Shown here piece by piece: positions 27,639 to 35,296 of a stretch of 61,347 bases of DNA. The position numbers and the translations under genes were made by a program. Origin of the DNA: a virus (lineage: Duplodnaviria > Caudoviricetes); IMG/VR virus record IMGVR_UViG_3300048599_000880, positions 1 to 61,347 of that record; one strand, written 5' to 3'. The notes under the pieces were generated by a model. That model worked only from the letters and a program-made list of their open reading frames with translations. It was not told the DNA's origin and made no database searches. The stretch's first letter is position 1, and every line of letters begins with the position of its first letter.

Positions 27639-27701
27639 CGGGCATCCGCCCGGTCAATGGGCGATCCCGCCCGGTGCGCCCTCGCCGATCCCGGCTTAGG
27701 C
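27639..27701 (-). promoter_or_regulatory. Structured RNA leader motif (three GGAU tetraloop hairpins), copy A, upstream of the scaffold gene
   Basis: GCCG-GGAT-CGGC, linker GGCGCACC, GGGCG-GGAT-CGCCC, then CGGGC-GGAT-GCCCG abutting the AAAGGA RBS. Confidence 0.7.
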
Positions 27702-27706
27702 TGATC

Positions 27707-27961
27707 TCAGTTCTCGGCCGGCACCGGCCCCACCGATACAGAGATCGGCGGATGCTGCGTTCCGAGGATGCAGACATGGATCGAAGCGCCGGCATTCAGC
27801 GCCGCAAGCTCGGCAGGCGTCGGGGTCCAGGCCGTCGTCATGCACGGGGTGCCGGGTCCGTTCACGGAGCAGTTGACCTCCTCATCGCGAACCGGAAGCC
27901 CCTCGTAGCCCTGCGAGGCGCCGATGGTGCGAGTGGTGCCTTCAATTCGTCCGCTCAGCAT
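27707..27961 (-). CDS. Hypothetical phage protein
   Basis: GGAG RBS after the portal stop; LPVRD...TTAWTPTPAELAALNAG motif. Confidence 0.65.
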   Translation of the reverse strand: MLSGRIEGTTRTIGASQGYEGLPVRDEEVNCSVNGPGTPCMTTAWTPTPAELAALNAGASIHVCILGTQHPPISVSVGPVPAEN

Positions 27962-27970
27962 CTCGTGCTC

Positions 27971-29437
27971 CTAGACCGCGCCAGTAAGTTCTTCGTCGCC
28001 GGGATCGTCCGGCACCTCCGCCAGGATCTCCGCCATATCGGCTTCCTCGTCGTATTCGGCCGACAGGAAATCCCGTCGCTTAGCCTCGACGATGAGCGCC
28101 TTGCGGCTGATCACATGCCGCTCGTGCATCTTCAGGAGGAAGTCCGGCGCCTTATCGCTCTCCATGTCGATGGAGAAGTCGGTGTAGACCGCGACCTCGG
28201 GCTTGCTGCTGTCGCCGAGCCACAGGCAGGTCAGGCGTAGCGCCTCTTCCAGCGCATCCTTGAGATTGAGGCACCAAGCCTGAATGGCGCTGTTACCCTT
28301 CTGGGCCGCGAATGCCGTCGTCACCACAGTCAGGTTGCCGGTCTGTGCCGTCAGCGGCTGGCGGCCGAGTTCACGAAGCTGCTTTTCGGTGGCCTCGACG
28401 TCCTTGGCCAGGAAGGTCAACGATGCTGCCGAGGGCTCGATGAAGTCCCATTCACCGTGATTGCCGTCTCCAGCGGGTGGCGCAAAGAGCACTGACTTCG
28501 GACCAACTGGCACCATCGCTGGCGTCCCGTCCGCCGTCGTCGGCGGGGTGACACCGTTGCCCGCCAGCATCGGAAAGCAGGCCTGCTCCTTGATGCTCTT
28601 GAGGTTGGTCTCCTGCTGATAGTGCTCGACCTGCAGGAAAGCGGCATCCTGCATCGGCGGCACGAACTGCCAGGAGCCTTCCTTGCGGCGGCCGGTGATG
28701 AACGGCACCACGGCGATGACACCGATGGCGATCGGGCCTTCCTGCACGGCCACCCACTCGACAGTGCCGGCGGCATCCTTCTGCTCTTCCCAAAGGATGA
28801 AGCGCGCCGGCCCGTAGCTGCCATTCGGCAGTTGATCCCGGATCAGCTCCCGGACGCGGTTTATGGTCGTCTCACCGTAGCCGCTGCGCACGGTCTCCGG
28901 CTCGTGGATGCGGACGCTGACGAACTCTTCCTTGCCGCCAATGACGGCGCTGTAGACGGCCAGCATGCGCTTTGCCGGCACATGCACCCAGTACGGCCGT
29001 GCCCCAAGCTTCTGCTCATCGGCAACCGTGGCGCCGGCCGGGACAGGCGGCTTGTCGACGAAGATCCAGTCGACGGCGTCGTTGATGCCCTGAAAGAACA
29101 GATTGGCGGCGAAGACGTGGAGGTGATTGCCCTGGCCGTCGATGTCTTCGATGAGCTCGGTCACCGACTGCGAGGCCTTGCCGTCGACAAGCCCGACCTC
29201 CTTCGCGAAGGGCTTGGCGGCCAGGTTCTCGACGATGTCGCGATAGATGTTCGTGAACTTGGCGTTCCTGCAGCGGTAGTCGTAGTCCGGCTTCGTCTCG
29301 TTCGGGAACTTCGGGAGATACTTCTCGCCCGCCGCCCGCATCGTGGTGGCACCACCCAGGATCGCATCGACCATGGCCCAGAACGGGTGCATGGCCTTCC
29401 AATCGGAGGACGGCTCGTTCGGCTTCAGGTCGGGCAT
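27971..29437 (-). CDS. Portal protein (DUF4055-like)
   Basis: MRAAGEKYLPKFPNE...Y..R and EDIDGQGN motifs. TGATG overlap with terL. Confidence 0.88.
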   Translation of the reverse strand: MPDLKPNEPSSDWKAMHPFWAMVDAILGGATTMRAAGEKYLPKFPNETKPDYDYRCRNAKFTNIYRDIVENLAAKPFAKEVGLVDGKASQSVTELIEDIDGQGNHLHVFAANLFFQGINDAVDWIFVDKPPVPAGATVADEQKLGARPYWVHVPAKRMLAVYSAVIGGKEEFVSVRIHEPETVRSGYGETTINRVRELIRDQLPNGSYGPARFILWEEQKDAAGTVEWVAVQEGPIAIGVIAVVPFITGRRKEGSWQFVPPMQDAAFLQVEHYQQETNLKSIKEQACFPMLAGNGVTPPTTADGTPAMVPVGPKSVLFAPPAGDGNHGEWDFIEPSAASLTFLAKDVEATEKQLRELGRQPLTAQTGNLTVVTTAFAAQKGNSAIQAWCLNLKDALEEALRLTCLWLGDSSKPEVAVYTDFSIDMESDKAPDFLLKMHERHVISRKALIVEAKRRDFLSAEYDEEADMAEILAEVPDDPGDEELTGAV

Positions 29438-30981
29438 CAGCGCGAACTCCCGTAGCCCCCAAACACCGCCTGCCCGCCGCCGCTCTTCAGCAGCCGACCG
29501 AACGCTCCCGATGACGCATCGACCTGGTCCTTGAAGCTGCTCCCTGGGAACAGGCAGAGCTCGTCCAGATAGGCCTCGTTCCAGTCGGCCGAGACCAGAT
29601 AGACGTTGCCGGCCTCGCACTGCGACGAGAACGGTTCGGCTCGTGTGGCCTTATCGCCGGTCTCCGGCTCGGCCTTCACCTTCCAGCCGGCCAGCAGCGA
29701 GACGTAATCCCTCGCCTGGACCTTGCCGGCCTGCCCGGGGTCCTGCGGCAGGCTGATCTCGACATCCTTGCCGTCGATCTCGGCCGTGGCCTTGATCAGC
29801 CGTCTCACTGCGGCGCCCTCGTCCTGCGTCTTCACGACATGACCGACGATGAATGAACCATCCGGCGCCCTACCCAGCTTCACGCCGGCGGTACGAGCGG
29901 CCGTCTGCTTCTTGGTGGCGGCTAGATCCCAGTGTCGGACCCAGATCGTGCCCGCCGGCGCCTGCCGAATGAACTTGCCCGCGAACCACTCCCGCTTGAA
30001 CAGACCGCCCTCGCGAGGCACCGGACGCTGCTGGTACTGGCCGGCATACGCATACGCCGTGGTATCTCGCTTGAGCTTGTCGACCGTGGGCCGCGCGAAG
30101 CGGATCGGGTCGAGAAGGTCCCCCTCGCTTTGACGCGGGTCGGTGAAGCCGATCTCCGTACTGCAGCGCCGCTCGACCTCGAATTCCATGGGCAGGCAGA
30201 GATGCACGTATCCCATGCCCAGCTTCACGATCGTGCCGGAAACGTCATCCTCATGGAGACGCTGCATGATCACGATGATGGCCGACCGCTCCTGGTCGTT
30301 CAGACGGTTGATCGCGCCTTCCCGAAATTTGCGTGTCGTGGCTATGCGCTCGGCAGGGCTCTCCGCCGTCTCCGTCGAGTGCGGATCGTCGATGGTGAGC
30401 CGATCGCCACGCTGCGATGTCAGCGAACCGAAGGCGACACCCTCGCGCGTGCCGGTGTTGCTGTTGGCGAAGCTGGTCTCGCCGGTTCGGGTCAGCACGA
30501 CCTCGGGCCAGAGCGATCGATACCACTCCGAAAGGATCAGATCGCGGCACTTCCGGGTATCGCGCTTGACCGGCCCATCGTTGAAGGCCGTCGTCAGGTA
30601 GCGCATCGACCGAAGATGCGCCTGCGTCCACTCCCAGGCCGGCCAGAGCACGCTCACCAGGAGCGATTTCGACGAACCCGGAGGGACGTTGATCAAGAGC
30701 CGGTTGATCCGGCCTTCCGTCACCGCCTCGAGGTGCGCGCAGATCGCGTCGAGATGCCAGTTCCAGACCAGCGTCGTGCTGGGTTCCAGAACACGCCAGG
30801 CCTCGCGCACGAATCCCGCCAGCGTCTTGCAGCGGGCCCTGATCTTCTCGGCATCCCGAGCGACCCGCTCGCGCTCAGCCTCTGCCTGCCGCCGCGCCTT
30901 CTCCGCCCTGATCAGGCGCATCATCGTCGTCGGATCCGGCAAGCGGACCGAAGATGCGTTCGAGCTTCGAGAGGTCATCAT
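29437..30981 (-). CDS. terL: Terminase large subunit (true start may be ~30924)
   Basis: WHLDAICAHLE, LLINVPPGSSKS, IDDPH, IMQRLHEDD, WDLA and DQVDA motifs. Confidence 0.95.
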   Translation of the reverse strand: MMTSRSSNASSVRLPDPTTMMRLIRAEKARRQAEAERERVARDAEKIRARCKTLAGFVREAWRVLEPSTTLVWNWHLDAICAHLEAVTEGRINRLLINVPPGSSKSLLVSVLWPAWEWTQAHLRSMRYLTTAFNDGPVKRDTRKCRDLILSEWYRSLWPEVVLTRTGETSFANSNTGTREGVAFGSLTSQRGDRLTIDDPHSTETAESPAERIATTRKFREGAINRLNDQERSAIIVIMQRLHEDDVSGTIVKLGMGYVHLCLPMEFEVERRCSTEIGFTDPRQSEGDLLDPIRFARPTVDKLKRDTTAYAYAGQYQQRPVPREGGLFKREWFAGKFIRQAPAGTIWVRHWDLAATKKQTAARTAGVKLGRAPDGSFIVGHVVKTQDEGAAVRRLIKATAEIDGKDVEISLPQDPGQAGKVQARDYVSLLAGWKVKAEPETGDKATRAEPFSSQCEAGNVYLVSADWNEAYLDELCLFPGSSFKDQVDASSGAFGRLLKSGGGQAVFGGYGSSR

Positions 30982-31252
30982 CGCTGACCTTCGTCAGGTC
31001 GACATGCTGGATCGGGCCGCCGTTCCTGCCGGTATGCTGCATCGAGGCAAGCTTCGGATGCACATAGGGCGCCGCCGCCTTCGCCATTTCGTCACGACGG
31101 GCGTCGCTGGCCTTCGGGTTGCGCATCACCCGCAACATGTAGTCGAGAGGGGTTTCACCGCCGGCCGCGACGCGCTCCTGTCGCGCGATGGTGGCCTTGT
31201 TCGGCACGCCCTTCTTGCGTCCTGCACCAGGGCGTCTACCGCCGTTCTTCAT
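30875..31252 (-). CDS. terS: Terminase small subunit
   Basis: GGRRPGAGRKKG.PNK, TPLDYML and AKAAAPYVHPKL motifs; directly upstream of terL. Confidence 0.85.
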   Translation of the reverse strand: MKNGGRRPGAGRKKGVPNKATIARQERVAAGGETPLDYMLRVMRNPKASDARRDEMAKAAAPYVHPKLASMQHTGRNGGPIQHVDLTKVSDDDLSKLERIFGPLAGSDDDDAPDQGGEGAAAGRG

Positions 31253-31287
31253 CGGAAATCCCGGGCCCGTTCTATTTCAGTTCGGCC

Positions 31288-31322
31288 AAAGAAAACGCCC
31301 GCTCGATTTCTCGGCGGGCGCA
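31288..31322 (-). terminator. Terminator between the early/middle and late operons
   Basis: CGCCCGC...GCGGGCG stem followed by TTTTCTTT on the - strand. Confidence 0.6.
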
Positions 31323-31341
31323 ATTCGTACTCACACCATAT

Positions 31342-32106
31342 TCATGACCTAGTGTCGGTCAAGTTGTCAAGATGTTGTGCCCTCTGCCGGACCCATCCGC
31401 GCAGCGTGCACCAGAGGTCGAGTCCCTGCTGATAGATGGCAAGAGCCTGCCCCGCATCGAGTCGACGCTCCTTCTCGATGTCAGTTAGAGTCTTCGGCTC
31501 AACCAGGCAGTCGAGCACGACGGAGAAGCTGATATGGCTAGATTTGGCTAGTTTTAGCCAGTTCGCCCACGCTGCCTTCAGAGCCACGCTCAACTCGTGC
31601 TCACCGCCACCATGGCCAGGCGCGAACGACCCATACTTGGCGCTGGCCGTGCCCAATCCGACGGTCATGGTGCGCCACGTCAAAATCATCTCGCCTTCAG
31701 CCTGCCGCTGCATCGGCGTGAGCTGCCTATACCGCCATGCTTCCGATTGCTTCACCCGGGTGAGGTTCTTCCGAGCCTTGCGCTTGCTCTCAGGATCATC
31801 GACGGCGACCTCGACCGTTGCCTTGGCCTGAATGGCATCGTTATCGGTCTTTTTGCCGAGCTCATGGCGGAGGGCGAGCAGGTAGCGCCGCTGCGCCGTC
31901 CAGTCGAGCCGCCGGCGCGTCAGGGCATCGTAGTCCAAGTCGTCATACGGGCCTTCAGCCAGCGGATACGGCCCCAGCCTCCGCAGCCGATCATCGACTT
32001 CCCGAACGCTCTTCGGTGCCCGCTTCGGCGCAGGCTTCTTCGCGGGCTTGTCGCCTGTCGGTGACTTCGGCCGCACGCCACTCTTGGCCTGAACCATCAT
32101 CGGCAT
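31342..32106 (-). CDS. Putative late transcription regulator (Q-like position)
   Basis: Last gene before the terminator and terS, with a C-terminal HTH-like segment. Function is inferred from position only. Confidence 0.5.
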   Translation of the reverse strand: MPMMVQAKSGVRPKSPTGDKPAKKPAPKRAPKSVREVDDRLRRLGPYPLAEGPYDDLDYDALTRRRLDWTAQRRYLLALRHELGKKTDNDAIQAKATVEVAVDDPESKRKARKNLTRVKQSEAWRYRQLTPMQRQAEGEMILTWRTMTVGLGTASAKYGSFAPGHGGGEHELSVALKAAWANWLKLAKSSHISFSVVLDCLVEPKTLTDIEKERRLDAGQALAIYQQGLDLWCTLRGWVRQRAQHLDNLTDTRS

Positions 32107-32348
32107 TACCGATTCTCCCCGCCCCGCTTCCGAGCTCTCCACACCACGAACGGCCAGGGCGGAATGTGCCGTCCCCAATGCTCTAACACGTAGGTGAGGA
32201 TGAAGGGCATCGGCCCAGCTATCGCGCAGAACACCAGAACCGCGATCGCCGTATCGGCCATGACGTCCTCATGAAGATGGAGCATCCAAAGCAGCAACAC
32301 GGTGCCGCCGAGCCACCAAACCAGCCAGGCCACCAACATCCAGCTCAT
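32106..32348 (-). CDS. Small membrane protein
   Basis: Two hydrophobic segments; overlaps both neighbours. Confidence 0.6.
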   Translation of the reverse strand: MSWMLVAWLVWWLGGTVLLLWMLHLHEDVMADTAIAVLVFCAIAGPMPFILTYVLEHWGRHIPPWPFVVWRARKRGGENR

Positions 32349-32584
32349 TTGCCGCTCCCATACAGCCGCTTCGCCTCGCCCTCGATGACGGCCCTCGACC
32401 AGTCCGGCAGTCGTTGCAGGTCCGCCCGCAGGAACATGATCACGCCTTGCCCGAATGCCTTTGCCGCCATTGCTCGGATCTGCGCTTCGGTCGCCGGCGC
32501 CTCTCCCTGGACGCGGTCAAGGCTGCTGCGCGCCCGGTCGCGCTGGTACTGGTTGGCGGTGACCATGGGGTAGACGCCGCTCAT
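32345..32584 (-). CDS. Hypothetical protein
   Basis: ATGA overlaps on both sides. Confidence 0.6.
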   Translation of the reverse strand: MSGVYPMVTANQYQRDRARSSLDRVQGEAPATEAQIRAMAAKAFGQGVIMFLRADLQRLPDWSRAVIEGEAKRLYGSGK

Positions 32585-33324
32585 GCTGCCTCCGGGATGT
32601 CTCGGGATTCCGGGACGATGCGTGCCGGCGCTGGCTGGCCAGTGTGTCGAGCCCGGGCAAGTTCAGCACACCGCTGCGCCGTCGGACTGAACGTCCTGCG
32701 TTCAGTCGGCATGTCCCGCTTTTCAACGGCATCCGAGGCCGGCGGAAACTCAGCCGTCCAAGCCTCGGGCTCCCGGTTCTCCATCGCCGCCAGCTCGCGC
32801 TCGTAGCGCGCCGCCTTCGCCTGGTCGCCACTGCGAAGAGCCCACTTCAGCAGCGTCCGGACACGCACCTCAGGCGGTTCGGGCCGGAATGGCGCGACCG
32901 GCTTCGGTGCGGTCAGCTTCGCCAGGATCGCCTCGGTGCGTGCCAGGGCTGTCCGACGCTGCTCAAGGGCTGCCGCCACCGGCGTCTGAAACCCCTCCGC
33001 CATCGGCGCAACATCACCCTGCATCCAGGTCAGTGTCGCCTTGGTCCAGAGATCACCCGGCAGCTTGCCGTTCATCGCGAGCCAGCGCTTCGTGGCGTCG
33101 TCATCGAGCACAAGGCCGAAGCTCTTCGCCAACTTCCGGAGACACCAGCGGGCATCCTTCGGCGCCGCGGGCTCGAGATCCTTCCGCAGGATCGGCAACG
33201 CCTTCCGGACATCGGTGACCTCCGGCAGGTTTGCCGGCAGCGTCCATGCCGGTGCCGGCCCATCGCCCAGCACCAGCGGATCGGCTATGGCGCGGCGGAC
33301 TGATTCGGGGATCTTGGCCGTCAT
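32581..33324 (-). CDS. Replication-module protein (paralog of 33321..34148)
   Basis: ATGA coupling; shares C-terminal motifs with the upstream gene. Confidence 0.6.
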   Translation of the reverse strand: MTAKIPESVRRAIADPLVLGDGPAPAWTLPANLPEVTDVRKALPILRKDLEPAAPKDARWCLRKLAKSFGLVLDDDATKRWLAMNGKLPGDLWTKATLTWMQGDVAPMAEGFQTPVAAALEQRRTALARTEAILAKLTAPKPVAPFRPEPPEVRVRTLLKWALRSGDQAKAARYERELAAMENREPEAWTAEFPPASDAVEKRDMPTERRTFSPTAQRCAELARARHTGQPAPARIVPESRDIPEAA

Positions 33325-34148
33325 GCCGCGACCTCGCTGCGGTCGATTCCCAGCATCGCATCGCGACGCCTCTGCGCCAGTTCGGCGAGCGTCAGGTCGC
33401 TCTTGCTGGGCGTCGGCGCTGGAGCCTGCGCGGCCTGTTCGTCGGCAACCCGCTGATACTCAGCCGCCTTGGCTTTCTGCTCGGCGACCTGCTCCGCGAT
33501 GGCGTCTTCGGCCCATTTCTTGACGGGTCGGTTCTGCGCCTTGGCCAGCTTGACCTCGAAATGCGCGGCGGTGCGGGTATCGCCGGCTTGCCGGCGCAGT
33601 AGGACCGAGGTCCGCAGCCGCTCCTGCAGCGTCGCTAGCGGTGCTGGGGCGGCGAGTTGCGGCCGCGCTGGCGTCGACAGGCGTCGCAGGGCCTCCTCCA
33701 GGGCGCGATGCTCGGCGATGCGCTTCGCGGCCAGGCGATCGCATTCCCGCTTGAGATCGGCCCAGGCCGGCCACCAGCGGCTGCTGTCGGCCCAGCGCTG
33801 GCACGCGACCTGGATCACATCCGCCGGATACTGGGCGAGGTCGTTAGCGTAGGCGGCGCCGCGGAGCTCCTGATCGGCCTCGTTCTGCTTCGCGCCGACA
33901 GTCCTTCGCTCAAGGATCGTCAACGCCTCTGCGGCTACGCGATGCCCGCCAGGTCGGCACTGGTTGCGGCAGGTCTCCAGGGCGCGACGGATCGTCCCCT
34001 CGGCGTGCTGGCCGGTGAGAACTGCCGCGTCGACGACGGCCCCATCGAATTGGCCATCGGCACCGAAGACCGAGCGCGAAGTGAACTTCAGCGCGCTCGA
34101 AATCGTTGCCGGCAGGCCGGCCGTCGTGATCGTGAGATAGCCGCTCAT
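33321..34148 (-). CDS. Putative helicase loader / replication protein
   Basis: Y..DL..YPADVI..AC..W....WWP..ADL motif; directly after the initiator gene. Confidence 0.6.
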   Translation of the reverse strand: MSGYLTITTAGLPATISSALKFTSRSVFGADGQFDGAVVDAAVLTGQHAEGTIRRALETCRNQCRPGGHRVAAEALTILERRTVGAKQNEADQELRGAAYANDLAQYPADVIQVACQRWADSSRWWPAWADLKRECDRLAAKRIAEHRALEEALRRLSTPARPQLAAPAPLATLQERLRTSVLLRRQAGDTRTAAHFEVKLAKAQNRPVKKWAEDAIAEQVAEQKAKAAEYQRVADEQAAQAPAPTPSKSDLTLAELAQRRRDAMLGIDRSEVAA

Positions 34149-35296
34149 GGGTCGAGAATCCCCTTCAACGGTTTGGTACCGGCGACCGACATGGCGCCGC
34201 GGTAGAGGGCTTCGGAATTCGATTGCGGTCGCTGCCGGCGGCCATCGGCGGGATCATCGAAGCCGCCCTCAAGCAGCTTCGTGAACTTGGCCTGGCGAAG
34301 GATGAAATCGAGATCGCAGCGCCAGTTCTCGTGGCCGTTCGTGCGTCCGGACTTGCCGGTCAGGAACGAGCTCGCCTCAGCCTTCGCGAGAGCGGCTGAC
34401 CAGCCCTCCAGGCCGCCACATTCGGACAGCCGTAGCTTCAGCGCTCGACGGCGAGTGTCGGTCAAGCGCTGGGCCTTTGGCCATCCGACGCGATCGGCCG
34501 CCGCGTTCCACAAGTTCAGCGCTTCGGCCTCGGGTGATCGATCGAAGGCGAGCGGAGGGTACGGGTCATCCTCGTGCTCGGGGGGCGCTGGTGGAGGTTG
34601 GTCGGCCGGCGGCGGGTTCGGCGCGTTAGCGCCATCCGGCGAAGCCGCCGTCCCTTCTTCCCCTATAACTTCTTTTCCCTGTCCCTCTCTCTTCCCTGTC
34701 TCTGTCCCTGTCCCTGTCTTACCAATCTCACCACCGTCTACGTAGGCGTCTACATCTCCGTCTTTGTCGATGTCGGAGATGTCTACTCCTGCGTCTCGAC
34801 ATAGTTTCTCAAGCGTCTCCATCTTTGCACCGCGAGGAACGGGAATTCCCTTGGCGCGCAGTGCGTTAGACAACTTCTTCAGACGTTCACGCCACCGGCG
34901 CTGACGCTCGTTCTTGGCCTCGATCTCACCGCGATGGTCCAACCGGCGGTCCCACGCCTCGCAGACGATTTCGGCGACAACCTTGTGATAAAGTCGGCCG
35001 TCCGCGGCGAGAAACCAGCCGCGTAGTGCCTGCAGTTTGACTTTTTTCCACGCGCGAACGCTCTCACCATAGCCTGCATAGACACTCAGGAGCCGATCGT
35101 TGTCGGGGAGTGAGCCGGCCGGGAGCTCCTTCGCGAAGGCGTGCCACCACAGCCGAAGAGCGGCGCAGCGACCCTCGGGGCTGGCCTCAATCCAGGTCAC
35201 CGAGTCGAACAGGCGATCGCCCTTCAACGGCATGAAATCCATGCCGCGCAGATCGCTGTCCGCGGGGACAGGTGGCGGAGGGAGCTGGTCGGCCAT
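34145..35296 (-). CDS. Replication initiator (DUF1376/YdaU-like)
   Basis: DLRGMDFMPL, PAGSLPDND and DGRLYH motifs; C-terminal CDLDFIL...KLLEG. Confidence 0.8.
   Translation of the reverse strand: MADQLPPPPVPADSDLRGMDFMPLKGDRLFDSVTWIEASPEGRCAALRLWWHAFAKELPAGSLPDNDRLLSVYAGYGESVRAWKKVKLQALRGWFLAADGRLYHKVVAEIVCEAWDRRLDHRGEIEAKNERQRRWRERLKKLSNALRAKGIPVPRGAKMETLEKLCRDAGVDISDIDKDGDVDAYVDGGEIGKTGTGTETGKREGQGKEVIGEEGTAASPDGANAPNPPPADQPPPAPPEHEDDPYPPLAFDRSPEAEALNLWNAAADRVGWPKAQRLTDTRRRALKLRLSECGGLEGWSAALAKAEASSFLTGKSGRTNGHENWRCDLDFILRQAKFTKLLEGGFDDPADGRRQRPQSNSEALYRGAMSVAGTKPLKGILDP
34679..34820. repeat. Candidate replication origin iterons inside the initiator gene
   Basis: TGTCCC/TGTCTC hexamer run, then several (C/T)GTCT(AC) repeats in the low-complexity linker. 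This is a lambda-O-like ori location. Confidence 0.5.
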
